The notes beneath the pieces were generated by a model, which was not told where the DNA came from, made no database searches, and saw only the letters and a list, made by a program, of their open reading frames with translations. A stretch of 64,000 nucleotides of DNA from Macrostomum lignano (Eukaryota): the NCBI GenBank assembly GCA_002269645.1, contig NIVC01001256.1, positions 62,001 to 126,000 on the forward strand. Direction: 5' to 3'. The translations under genes were made by a program, and so were the position numbers. This document shows, one piece after another, positions 24,276 through 40,831 of this stretch (position 1 is its first letter; each line of letters begins with the position of its first letter).

Positions 24276-25799
24276 AAATTAGCATTGCCTTAATATTTTT
24301 ACAATATAATTACATAGAATAAAAGGCAAATATAAACTAATAAAAAGAAAAAAACTTTTTAAGTATTTATTTTATCATAAAAACTTTTAAATATGCTTAT
24401 TTAGCTTTTACTACCAAGGCCAAGGCCAGGTTTATATTATAAAGTTATAATAAACTATATAGACTAAAGGCATTTTTTATTTTGCAACCTTTATTATTAT
24501 CCTGTTGTCCATATGAGGTTTGGGGCTTTTAGTATATAATCCCTATTAAAAATGGCTAAGGCTCCTTATAATTAATTCAGAGTTGAAGAAGGCATATATA
24601 TAAATCAAAACTCTGTGTGTCTGTGTGTGTGTCTGTGTGTGGACAATTTTGATCGCTATGGACTCCCAAACCGCTCAACCAAATTACACCTAACTTTACA
24701 CCCACCTTAAACTTACTACGGAGAATGTCTTAGGCTACCTTAAAATTTCCTAAATTTGAGTCTTCCCACCTAAAAGTGCAAAAAACTGCTCAAAATGCGC
24801 GATTTTTTCACTAAATCCTCCATAGCGCCGCTCCACTTCTACCGATTCTCTTCAAATTTGACACAGGCAATTTTCAACTATTTTGACACAATCGTGTAAA
24901 ATTTCAAATCTCAAAGTTAATCCTGAAAGCCGCTGTGCACTTTTAAAGTTAGGCTGTTTTTTTCAGCGAGGCAGCCACCCCAACCTCCGCCCGCCTGCCT
25001 CTCTTTCCCAATCTGGGCAAAGGGTGTAAATCAGGTTTTAAAATGCCTAACTTTCGGTTGCCATAAGTTTGCTCCACGTGAAGCAATTGACTTCTAACTT
25101 AACACAATTCTTCTTTGATTCATTCTCTGTCTAAATGTAAAGTTTCAACTCTCTAACTCAATCAGAACAGAAACTGTAAGCATGTGAAGTTTGTCTGCTT
25201 TTTCTGTTGTTGTGCCACTCACTCACTCCACTCATTCCCCCAGAGCCAGACGAAAGGTCAGGCGATAGGGCTCAATGTACATAGCAAATGTACAGTGTTT
25301 TGGAATAACTTTATTTATAGCTATCTCGCACCCCGAGAGTGGAGAGGCTACGTTTAGCCATAACAGTTTAGTGAGAAATTCTAACCACTGCCTTCCCCTC
25401 TGTATAGGCAAACTCTGCAGCAGTTTAACAGTGGATGGCAATTGGCAAATCGAGGCAATCCAGCATGGTTTGTAAAAGCGAAATATTTATGAAAAGGCGA
25501 TGCGATGCAATGAAATACAACCCTACTAAATTAGGCACACCATGGAAATTTTAAGTTTCTCTTAAAAGTACTTTGAAATTTAAATGGCCTAAGAAATGCG
25601 CGTATTTCCTTGGTTGTTAGACTGATGCAGACTGCAGTGGAGCTGAAGATACACAAATTCCTTTCAGGGCTGCAAATTGGCAAGAAAGATGACGTGATCA
25701 AAGCATGAGAATAACGATGAGAGTAGTACGTCCCACAAACTGGCTTTCGAAGCAGGGATCGGCAGACTTTTACTTCAAAAGCCAGATAAAAAATCTAGC

Positions 25800-26622
25800 T
25801 TATGTGCGGGCCAGATGAGAGTGGAAAGGAGAAAGAATACCGGTAGACTTAGAAGAGATAGAAGAAGAAGAGATTAGAAGAGAGGAGAGGCGAGAGGGGG
25901 ATAAGAGAAAACATGGAAGATAAGAGGAGAGACAAGTGGTGAGGAGAGAGCAGAGAAGAAGGGAGGAAGAAGCGAGAGGAGGGGAGAAAGGAGGGAGAGG
26001 AAAGAGTAAAGGTGAGAAGAGGGGAGAGATGAGACAGAGGATCGATGAGAGGAGAGTAAAGAAGAGTGAGAAGAGAGTAGAGATGAGAGAGCAGAAATAA
26101 GATGACAGAGGGTCAAGAGGAGAGGAGAGAGTAGAAAGGATAGAGAAGAGAGGAGATAAGAGGGGGAGAGAGGAGTGAGAAGAGAAGAGATAGAGATAAG
26201 AGAGGGGTGTAAAAAGAGGGGAGAAAGGAGAGATGAGATTGTAGAGATGAGACAAATGAAAGGAGAGATGAGAGAGTAAAGATGAGAGATGAAAAAGGTG
26301 AGAGGAGAGTGCAGAGAGACGAGAGAAGATAATAGAGGAGAGAGAGTATAGAAGAGGGAAGAGAAAAGAAGAGAGGAGTAATGAAAGAGAGGAGTCAGAA
26401 GAGGTGAAAGAGAAGAGTACAGGGGAGATAAGTGAGAGAACGTATTAGAAAGATGACAGATGAAAGAGCAGAGATGAGGGTGAACAGACGAGAGATGGGA
26501 GAGTAGAGAGAACAGAGGAGAGAGAAGAGAGAAGAGATTACAGAGACTAGAGGAGAGAGGAGAGGAAATAGGAGAATGAAGAGGGGAGAGAGTAGAGAGG
26601 AGAAGAGAGATGGGAGAGGAGA

Positions 26623-26695
<73 letters not shown>

Positions 26696-27345
26696 AGAGC
26701 AGAGAGAAACGCGAAGAGATAAGAGAGAAAAAATAAAAGAAGAGAAAGGAGAGATAAAAACGCAGACAAGAGAGAAGAGAGGTGAGGGAAGAGACGAGTG
26801 ACGAGGGGAGAGAGAAGAGATAAAACAAGAAAAGAGATGAGAGGAAAGAGAGAGAGGAAAGAGGTGAGAGAAGAGACGAGAGAAGAGGGGAGAAAGGAGA
26901 GAGAGAGGAAAGAGTAGAGAGGAGAGATGAGAGAGTAGAGAAGAGAGTTAAGAGAAGAGAGAAAAGAATAGAGAGGAGAAGGAAGAGACGAGAGAAGAGG
27001 GGGAGAGAGGAGAGAGAAAACGAAAAAGTAGAGAGGAGAGAGGAGAGGAGAGAGAAAAGAAGAGGGAAGAGATGAGATAACAGATATGAAAGAGAAGAGA
27101 GATGAGGGAAGATACGAAAGAAGATAGGAGAGAAGAGAGGAGAGAGAAAACGAAAGAGTAGAGAGGAGAGAGGAGAGGAGAGAGAAGACGAAAAGTAGAG
27201 AGGAGAGAGAGAGGAAAGAGTAGAGAGAAGAGACAAGAGATGAGATAAGAGAGATGAAAGAGAAGAGAGATGAGGGAAGATACGAGAGAAGAGAGAGGAG
27301 AGAGAAGAGACGAGGGACGAGAGAGAAGAGAGGAAACAGAAGAGA
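25800..27345. repeat. ~1.5-kb polypurine (GA-rich) low-complexity tract including (GA)n
   Basis: The + strand is almost exclusively A/G. Confidence 0.95.
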
Positions 27346-28738
27346 CGATAGAAATTTTAAAGGATCTAAGGGACGTAGGGAGAGTCAGGGAAAGGCCAGA
27401 GTTTGCCAATACATGTTTTAGAGTCAGACAGACATTGCCTGACATTCTGTGGAGTACCCCAGCAAACAATATCAACGTTTGCCTCAAACCCTAATTTTAC
27501 ACAAATGTGCTCCATTTTATGTCTACCTCTATCCTACTAACATTAATTTGTTTGTGTATGGCCTTAGATTTCAGAATACATGAAAAAGTAGTTCCGGGGA
27601 TTGGAATTCCCCGGGTTCAAAATCCGCGGGTTTCAAAAGCTTGTTTGACTTATAATCTTTAGATATAAAGCCTATATAGAGAGGCCTATTTATATCCTAT
27701 ATTTTATTCTATGATCATTTAAATAGAAAGATTATATGACATTGACAAACCCATAGGCCTACTTAATAACTTTTGCCAACATATTTTTAGACACATCTTC
27801 TAACATTTTTATCACACTTAAAATGTTACAAAAAGTGTTAGAAAAAATGTTATAACTGTTAACTTTTGCTGACACTTTTCTAACACATCTCACAAAAAAA
27901 TTTTACAACACTTAAAAATGCCAAAAAAAGTGTCATAATGGTTACCCTAACTTTTGCCAACACATTTTTAGACGTGTCTTCTAACACTTAAAATGTTGCT
28001 TGGAGCTAGGTCATATATATACTTATGACTATTTATATACATTTGTATATGTATGTTTGTTATGATATTGCAGCAGCCTATAGTATACTAGTTGTATTGC
28101 ATGTCATTTGCATTAATTTATATACATATATATACATATACAATTAAGAGTCAATATTTTATTTTGACTATATACAATATATATTATATGAAAGTCATCT
28201 TTAATATTACTTCATTGTAGTCAAGTTAATACAAAATGCAAATTACTATATCGGTAAAGTTAGAATATTAGATAGTGTGGCACTTTAAAGTAATCTGAAT
28301 CAAAAGCTCTTAAAGTCTCATAGAAAGTTTTAAAAGATGTGTCTAAAAATGTGTTGGCAAAAGTGATGCAGGTAGCTAACAATAATTATAGCTTAGTCTC
28401 TTTATAAAATTTTGTACCAAATAATTTTAGTAGCAATAGTAAAGTAATGTTGAAGATTTATAAATCTCTTGGTTCTTTCTATGCATTAAAATCACTGCAT
28501 AGAAACAATTAAGAAGATTTGGTAAAACCTATGGCAACTTCTTTCACTTTGGTCATATGAGCTCTTCAATTGAAATTACATATATTCAATAATAAGATTA
28601 TTGATAAGAATATATAAGAATAATATAAGAATATAGGACAAAAGTTAGAGGTGGGGCAGCATGGCCCCAACATTATAAAACAAAATAGATGTCTCTTGCA
28701 TTTTTGTCCTATAATTACCTTCATATAATCTTTTTACT

Positions 28739-29659
28739 TAAATAATTGCAAAACAAAATTGAATATATGGGCTTCATATCTACTAAAGATATAATTCTAA
28801 TCTAATATTTGCTTTCTATCCAGTTTGCTTTTCTGGATTTTTCAGTTCACAAAACTATATTTAACTATATTTACTTTGTGCTATGATCCTCTTGTAGAAA
28901 TTAACTACTATTGATGTGATATGATTATGATTGTAAGACAATAAGAAGTCTCACTTTTGTCTTATAATCACCTTCATATAATCTCCCGATTCAAATGATT
29001 GCAGAACAAAATGAATATATGTGAACATATAAAGGCTTTGGATCTTGGTTATGCTTGCATTAAGTTTCATTTTTGTTATCTTTTTATATAAGACCAAGAT
29101 TGCCATATACTATGATGGTCATGGCTAGGATTAGAGTTGCCTAAAATGAGAGCTAATCTATTATTGGATAGCTTGAGATAGATAAATATGGGGTTGCAAT
29201 TCATGGATTATTAGGTTAAAGAAAAAATGTTCTGCATTCATTCTTTCTGCATTCAATTTATTGATCTTTTCAAGCCAGTAGAAATTCCAAGAAGAGGCTC
29301 ACCTATAGCATCCCTGTCTTAATATATATTTTTCATAGTCAGAATATGTTGCATAGTTTCATACAAGTATACTGAGATATGCCTAGGAATAAGATAGGAA
29401 AGTCTTAAAGTGAGAGTATCATGCTCATCCTAGGGCATAACCTAGGGATTCACCCAGCCATTTCTATTGGCAACACACACATGTAAGTTGCTATTGGACA
29501 GAATAGTAGTCACGTGACAACTCTCAGCCAATAGCAACTAAAAATAAAACATATCTAAATACAACATCTAGAGCCATCTTGATAGTTTAACTTTGAGCTT
29601 TTTGAATTCTAGCAGGTAGGCAAAAGAGCCTAGTAATGCCTACTGCTAGTATACTGATA
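28739..29659 (+). repeat. 921-bp direct repeat, copy 1 (left target-site duplication of the LINE)
   Basis: Matches 33755-34675 at a constant offset of 5016 at both ends. Confidence 0.95.
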
Positions 29660-29701
29660 CTATACTGATATACTGATATACTATACTAATATACTGATAC
29701 T

Positions 29702-33662
<3,961 letters not shown>

Positions 33663-33754
33663 TCCTTGTGCTCTTTTACCTTGGGGTTGCGATAGGGGCC
33701 TCGCGGCCTATTCGCGGCGCCTGCGCCCCCCGTCAGTAGTAAGTAAGTAAGTAG

Positions 33755-34675
33755 TAAATAATTGCAAAACAAAATTGAATATATGGGCTTCATATCTACT
33801 AAAGATATAATTCTAATCTAATATTTGCTTTCTATCCAGTTTGCTTTTCTGGATTTTTCAGTTCACAAAACTATATTTAACTATATTTACTTTGTGCTAT
33901 GATCCTCTTGTAGAAATTAACTACTATTGATGTGATATGATTATGATTGTAAGACAATAAGAAGTCTCACTTTTGTCTTATAATCACCTTCATATAATCT
34001 CCCGATTCAAATGATTGCAGAACAAAATGAATATATGTGAACATATAAAGGCTTTGGATCTTGGTTATGCTTGCATTAAGTTTCATTTTTGTTATCTTTT
34101 TATATAAGACCAAGATTGCCATATACTATGATGGTCATGGCTAGGATTAGAGTTGCCTAAAATGAGAGCTAATCTATTATTGGATAGCTTGAGATAGATA
34201 AATATGGGGTTGCAATTCATGGATTATTAGGTTAAAGAAAAAATGTTCTGCATTCATTCTTTCTGCATTCAATTTATTGATCTTTTCAAGCCAGTAGAAA
34301 TTCCAAGAAGAGGCTCACCTATAGCATCCCTGTCTTAATATATATTTTTCATAGTCAGAATATGTTGCATAGTTTCATACAAGTATACTGAGATATGCCT
34401 AGGAATAAGATAGGAAAGTCTTAAAGTGAGAGTATCATGCTCATCCTAGGGCATAACCTAGGGATTCACCCAGCCATTTCTATTGGCAACACACACATGT
34501 AAGTTGCTATTGGACAGAATAGTAGTCACGTGACAACTCTCAGCCAATAGCAACTAAAAATAAAACATATCTAAATACAACATCTAGAGCCATCTTGATA
34601 GTTTAACTTTGAGCTTTTTGAATTCTAGCAGGTAGGCAAAAGAGCCTAGTAATGCCTACTGCTAGTATACTGATA
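33755..34675 (+). repeat. 921-bp direct repeat, copy 2 (right target-site duplication)
   Basis: Begins within the last TAA of the retrotransposon tail and matches 28739-29659. Confidence 0.95.
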
Positions 34676-34817
34676 GTTCCCACCTAGTGATGACTATAGT
34701 TTCATTGCCAAAAATTTATCATTGTATTTGTTCCATGTGAAATATAATTTATGAAAAACTGTACGAAAGACCTCTACAATTCTGACCCGAACTGACCCGA
34801 CTTCAGTGCCACTCGCA

Positions 34818-35078
34818 ATGCGGCTGAGCGGCTCCCTGTTGCAACAGGTGGGCAAACAGGCATACAGGCCCAAGAGACTCAAGCGGGTGCTCAATTACGC
34901 TGTGTTCGGCTTCGCCGCCACCTGCTGCGCCTACAGCGGCCTGCTGCTATTCAACCTGGCCTCGGGCGTCTTCCAGTACCAGAGCAAGCGCCGGCCCGAG
35001 ATTGAAACTCAGAAACGCGAACTCGAAGCGGCAATGCAGGAGAAAACTGCGATCGAGCGCCAGGCCGGACTGCGTTAG
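34818..35078 (+). CDS. 86-aa small single-pass membrane protein, possibly mitochondrial (COX14-like topology)
   Basis: A GC-rich coding-style island in AT-rich DNA, with a TTCAG acceptor 12 nt before the ATG. It has a basic N-terminus, a hydrophobic stretch AVFGFAATCCAYSGLLLFNLA and a charged helical C-terminus. Confidence 0.65.
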   Translation: MRLSGSLLQQVGKQAYRPKRLKRVLNYAVFGFAATCCAYSGLLLFNLASGVFQYQSKRRPEIETQKRELEAAMQEKTAIERQAGLR

Positions 35079-35272
35079 GAGTTCTCCTCCTGTTTCGCAA
35101 ACAGTCTTCTTTCTCATGCTTTTTCTTGTATATGCTTCTTCGACTCTAATTAGCCGCGCTTGTCATTTGCTCCGTTGCTAGCTTCTTAACTCTGCAAACC
35201 AAATTGCTTTGCAATTGCAATTGAATTTGATTTCCAAACCAAATTGCCCGGCCGTAGCTGCCCCCCTCCCCG

Positions 35273-38200
35273 ATGGCCAGTCTGCTCCGCTGGCTTGGCA
35301 ACCTCTTTCTGTCCCGGCTTCGGCCGCTGGGCCGCCGCTCGCCCCGGCCAAGTCGGGCGGCCTCGCCTCCCCGACCCGCGCGCCCGTGCCGAGCCGCCCT
35401 GATGATGATGTACTCCGGCTCCGGCTACGCCGGCATGCAGCGCCAACCCAACCAGCCGACTGTCGAAGGCGCCCTGCTGGACTGCCTGCTGGCTGGCGGC
35501 CATATCAACGCCGGGCAGTTCGCCCAGCCGCGCCAGCAGCTCGGCTTCATCACGGCGTCCAGAACTGACAGCGGCGTGTCCGCTCTGGCTCAGGTGCGCA
35601 TGCCGATTCTTTTTAGATTTTCTGTTACTCCCTGATGATGTACAAAGGTGCTCTGAAGTTCCTGGTGGGGCATTTGCTATGTAAATCCTCAGGTAGGAGA
35701 GTCACTGTAAATCCTCAGGTAGGAGAGTCACTCTGTAAATCCTCAGGTAGGAGAGTCACTGTAAATCCTCAGGTAGGAGAGTCACTCTGTAAATCCTCAG
35801 GTAGGAGAGTCACTCTGTCAATCCTCCTCAGGTAGGAGAGTCACTTGGTAAATCCTCAGGTAGGAGAGTCATTTTGTAAATCCTCAGGTAGGAGAGTCAT
35901 TTTGTAAATCCTCCGGTAGGAGAGTCACTCGGTAAATCCTCCGGTAGGAGAGTCACTCGGTAAATCCTCAGGTAGGAGAGTCACTCGGTAAATCCTCAGG
36001 TAGGAGAGTCACTCGGTAAATCCTCAGGTAGGAGAGTCACTCGGTAAATCCTCAGGTAGGAGAGTCATTTTGTAAATCCTCCGGTAGGAGAGTCACTCTG
36101 TCAATCCTCCTCAGGTAGGAGAGTCACTCGGTTAATCCTCAGGTAGGAGAGTCACTCTGTAAATCCCCAGGTAGGAGAGTCACTCTGTAAATCCTCAGGT
36201 AGGAGAGCCACTCTGTAAATCCTCAGGTAGGAGAGCCACTCTGTAAATCCTCAGGTAGGAGAGCCACTCTGTAAATCCTCAGGTAGGAGAGCCACTCTGT
36301 AAATCCTCAGGTAGGAGAGCCACTCTGTAAATCCTCAGGTAGGAGAGTCACTCTGTAAATCCTCAGGTAGGAGAGTCACTAGAAGAAAATAATGATTTTT
36401 ATGTTCCCATTGTACTGTTTAAATGCAGCTGGTGACCCTTCACCATGACCTGGCCGACCCCGGTGCCCTCGTCAGAGACCTGAACAGCCGCCTTCCCGAC
36501 AGCTTCCGCGTGCTTGATGCTGTCCGCGTCACCAAGGGCTTCAATAGTCGCTACCGAGTGCTCAATCGAACCTACGCATACTACTGCCCGACCTTCGCCC
36601 TCTGCCCGGACCCGCTGCCCTCCGCCTACGCCTACCGCATCGAGCCTGACCGACTGCGCCACCTGCGCTACTGCCTGTCCCGGTTTCCTGGCACGAGGAA
36701 CTACTTCAACTTCACGTGCGGCCGCCTGCTCGATGACCCCTCCTGTGCCAGGTAATCTTGAAAGACTGTTTAATTAGCTTTGCGTTGCGCCACGCTTCCG
36801 CCGTGTCTTTGAGGTCATGGGGTACGCCTCTGGAATATCTCACTAAGGTCACACTAATCTTGAATGCCCTACTGACATCTATAATGCCCTATTGACATCT
36901 AGAATGCCCTACTGAAATCTATAATGCCCTATTGACATCTAGAATGCCCTACTAAAATCTATAATGCCCTATTGACATCTGGAATGCCCTACTGACATCT
37001 ATATTGCCCTACTGACATCTATATTGCCTTACTGACATCTATATTGCCCTACTGACATCTAGAATACCCTACTGAAATCTATAATGCCCTATTGACATCT
37101 GGAATGCCCTACTGACATCTGGAATGCCCTACTGACATCTAGAATACCCTACTGACATCTAGAATACCCTACTGACATCTAGAATGCCCCACTGACATCT
37201 AGAATGCCCCACTGACATCTAGAATGCCCCACTGACATCTAGAATGCCCCACTGACATCTTGAATACCACTGACATCTAGAATGCCCCCACTGACATCTT
37301 GAATACCACTGACATCTAGAATGCCCCACTGACATCTAGAATGCCCCCACTGACATCTAGAATGCCCCCACTGACATCTTGAATACCACTGACATCTAGA
37401 ATGCCCCACTAACACACCTGGAATGCCTGGCTGATCTAGAGCAGCCAATATTGGCCTCTCGTTCCCCTCAACAGTATGTAGGAAATTCCTCTGTAAGCAA
37501 AGAAACGCGTATAAAAGTCTCTGCTGCACTTGCAAATTCAACAGGTACATTGTGAACTCCTGGGCCGATGAGCCATTTCTGTACAATGGCCTGGAATTCG
37601 TTGAGATTCGCATTGTGGGACAGAGTTTCATGCGGCATCAAATTCGAAAAATGATCGGCCTTTGCATCGCTGTAGTCAGGTTTGTTTTTATCTGATTGCG
37701 TTCGTATCTGACTACTCATAAGTAGGCCCGTATTGGTGCTGATCTTTATTAAAGCGTTTTTTAAGAAAAAATTAAGGCGCAACAGTATCTTAATATCTCC
37801 GATCTCCATAAGCTAGTGGGAAATTTATAAAATATTCGGGAAGTATTAGAAGACTTAGGAATATTCTTAGGAGTCATACATGCGCAACCCCCCCCCCTGA
37901 TTTACACTGGCCATGCGGCTTACTTTTTGACCAAAAATGCGACATCTGTGAAAGAAACCCTGAAACAAAATTAACGCAATTTCGGGTAAACGGCAGGAGC
38001 AACTGGACTCTCTTATTAAGCCTAAATGCCTCGTCATCTAATTAGTGATTAGTATAATTAGTATTATCTTAGAATAATTGGGCATTCCTCCGAGTCTAAA
38101 AGCAGTATCGCCCTATTGCAGAGGCCAATACGAACCCAGCGCCTTTGACGCCGCGTTCTCCGCCAAGCGCCGACTCAATGTGCCGCGCGCGCCCGGCCTC

Positions 38201-38437
38201 GGCCTCCTGCTGTTCGACCTCAACTACGCGATTTACAACCGGGAGTACGCGGCTAAGCTGGGCTACCCGACCCTGGACTGGGCCAGGTTCCACCGGCAGC
38301 GCCAGGAGTTCCTGGAGCAGCGCCTCCTGCCCGAGATTTACGCTGGCGAGGCCTGCGCCGAGGGCTCCATGCTGAGCTGGCTGGACTGGCTGGCTCAGAA
38401 CCACCTGGACTCTGCGGCTGGGGAGGCTCTGGACTAG
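35273..38437 (+). CDS. PUS1: tRNA pseudouridine synthase 1 (TruA family), ~364 aa; exons 35273-35593, 36429-36751, 37545-37679, 38122-38437
   Basis: Motifs are YSGSGYAGMQ, catalytic RTDSGVSA, RVTKGFNS..RTYAYYCPTFA, GTRNYFNFT, GQSFMRHQIRKMIG and PRAPGLGLLL. Introns are GT..AG with matching phases, and the Arg/Leu/Ser-rich N-terminus resembles a mitochondrial presequence. Confidence 0.94.
35682..36380. repeat. 26-28-bp minisatellite (GTAAATCCTCAGGTAGGAGAGTCACTCT) in PUS1 intron 1
   Basis: About 25 tandem units. Confidence 0.96.
36862..37412. repeat. ~20-bp minisatellite (TGCCCTACTGACATCTAGAA) in PUS1 intron 2
   Basis: Tandem units with graded variants. Confidence 0.95.
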
Positions 38438-38450
38438 TGCTTCCGGTGGG

Positions 38451-38812
38451 TGTAGAATGGATTGCTAATCTAGCCCATGAGTGCAGGATGGGGATAGAAT
38501 GGATTGCTAATCTAGCCCATGAGTGCAGGATGGGGATAGAATGGATTGCTAATCTAGCCCATGAGTGCAGGATGGGGATAGAATGGATTGCTAATCTAGC
38601 CCATGAGTGCAGGATGGGGATAGAATGGATTGCTAATCTAGCCCATGAGTGCAGGATGGGGATAGAATGGATTGCTAATCTAGCCCATGAGTGCAGGATG
38701 GGGATAGAATGGATTGCTAATCTAGCCCATGAGTGCAGGATGGGGATAGAATGGATTGCTAATCTAGCCCATGAGTGCAGGATGGGGATAGAATGGATTG
38801 CTAATCCAGCTC
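38451..38812. repeat. 42-bp minisatellite x ~8.5 directly after the PUS1 stop codon
   Basis: Perfect units of GGATGGGGATAGAATGGATTGCTAATCTAGCCCATGAGTGCA. Confidence 0.97.
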
Positions 38813-39360
38813 ATTGATAGTTATGTATGTTCATCGCATGGGTAAGTAGTGAAATTAATTCAGAGATTCCACAGTTTGTGTAATAGTTGAATTATACGAT
38901 TGGCAGTCCGTTAATATTGCGTTGACAGGCCACCAAAGTGAGTTGCTATTTTAAGAGCACCCACTTAGCTGTAAAAAGAGTTGGTCTCCTCCCTACCCAT
39001 TGTAGTGAATAATTCGTTTGTTATTTAAATTTCCTGCGCATTCTACTTTCAGTAGTGTTACACGATTCAGCCATTAGTAGTAGCAACCAAATCTGATGGC
39101 ATCGTTTTCGTCTTATTGTCATTTTCTATTAGTGTGGCGGCGATCTGTTTTTGGTTTTGTATATCTGTACCGACCCAATCCAACTTTTAGTGCGTGCAAA
39201 CAACAACAGGTGCGAGATGCTTTCAGTTCGATCTGAATAAATTGCTGCTCTAAAGAGAAAATTGTTTTCTTTGTTGATAAAAAAGTTTTAAACGAGTTGG
39301 TCTTTGTGCTGTTGATGCTATTTTCAAATTTTTGTCTACTGCACAGGCTTAGGGCTTTTG

Positions 39361-39794
39361 TTTAGTGCCAGTTCTAGTCTATGCTTGCGCAGCTCTAGTC
39401 TCAGTCCTGTTAGTGCCAGTTCTAGTCTATGCTTGCGCAGCTCTAGTCTCAGTCCTGTTAGTGCCAGTTCTAGTCTATGCTTGCGCAGCTCTAGTCTCAG
39501 TCCTGTTAGTGCCAGTTCTAGTCTATGCTTGCGCAGCTCTAGTCTCAGTCCTGTTAGTGCCAGTTCTAGTCTATGCTTGCGCAGCTCTAGTCTCAGTCCT
39601 GTTAATGCCAGTTCTAGTCTATGCTTGCGCAGCTCTAGTCTCAGTCCTGTTAGTGCCAGTTCTAGTCTATGCTTGCGCAGCTCTAGTCTCAGTCCTGTTA
39701 GTGCCAGTTCTAGTCTATGCTTGCGCAGCTCTAGTCTCAGTCCTGTTAGTGCCAGTTCTAGTCTATGCTTGCGCAGCTCTAGTCTCAGTCCTGT
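39361..39794. repeat. 48-bp minisatellite x ~9
   Basis: Unit GTGCCAGTTCTAGTCTATGCTTGCGCAGCTCTAGTCTCAGTCCTGTTA. Confidence 0.97.
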
Positions 39795-40403
39795 TTTCTC
39801 CTGTCCTGTCGCTTCGAGCAATTTTGCTCGAGTAGGTCAGCCTGCTGCGGCCTGCTGGGCGGCATCCCTGAGTATGCTTGTCTCCACAGCATTGCGAGCT
39901 ATCATTAGTCTTTGTCTCACGCGCGATTGGCTCTTTGTTGCTAGCCTTTTAGTCTCCGAATAATAAAACCCTATAAGCAAGCAGGAGCGGGGCGACTGCT
40001 ATTGTTGGCTGTCCGTCCGCGTGTTGGGCTCTGATTTTCCTTGCCTCAGCTTGAAGAGACGCGCGAGTAGCCGTGCCCCCCCCCCCTCTCTCCATCTCCA
40101 ATATCCGCTGAGCTTGCCTGCTCAAGCTGAGCCCCCTGAATGCGCTAGTCACTCTCTGCTGAGCATCAGCCGGGCTGCGGCGTGTCAGGTCAGGTCCCGG
40201 CAGAGAGGGATAAGGGTTGACAGAGGAGTCCTTGGAGCGTGGAGGCCTGAAGGGGTTTTCCTGATGCTTTCAGTCTGACTCAGCCTCTGTTGTGTGTTTG
40301 TGCAATTTTTTTTACTTTTCATCAACAAAGAGAAGCCAGCTGGGTCTTTTGAGTCGAGTAGACCTGTTTTTAAATATTCCTAGGGGGCATTTAAGGTTAT
40401 TTA

Positions 40404-40831
40404 CGAGGGGTGTCCCAGAAGTAGTGTCACTTCTGCTTGCTTCCACAAGTATTAATGTGTGATAAAAAATCATATGCCTTAAAAGGTAGCGGCTTATTTT
40501 AGCTTTCATGCCACGAAAGTCCGATTTTTATAAGTTAGGGTCCATGACTGGAACAAATCTTGCAAGCTGCTGTCTTGCAACTCTGTGCTTAATCAGCTCT
40601 GCTTGTGGCTTTCTTCTGAGTGAGAATGAAGCACTATGTGGTGTGTATTTCTATGGCCAAGGGTATTCGAAAAAATACATGCTGCTTACAGCAGGAAGCA
40701 CTTATAAAAATCGGACTTTCGTGGCATGAAAGCTAAAATAAGCCGCTACCTTTTAAGGTATATGATTTTTTATCACACATTAATACTTGTGGAAGCAAGC
40801 AAAAGTGACACTACTTCTGGGACACCCCTCG
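40404..40831. mobile_element. Mariner-like MITE (428 bp), 131-bp TIRs, TA TSD
   Basis: TA|CGAGGGGTGTCCCAGAAG...(40404-40534) is inverted at 40701-40831|TA with about 2 mismatches. Confidence 0.92.

Noticed and set aside
24590-25200. Possible Helentron/HINE-like element (TGTC/TG microsatellite followed by AAACCGCTCAACCAAATT)
   Set aside because: The ends and subterminal repeats could not be defined, so support is too weak without a library search.
38437-38817. 126-aa repeat ORF abutting the PUS1 stop
   Set aside because: It is a translation of the 42-bp array, starts at GTG in a different frame, and PUS1 already ends at its normal C-terminus.
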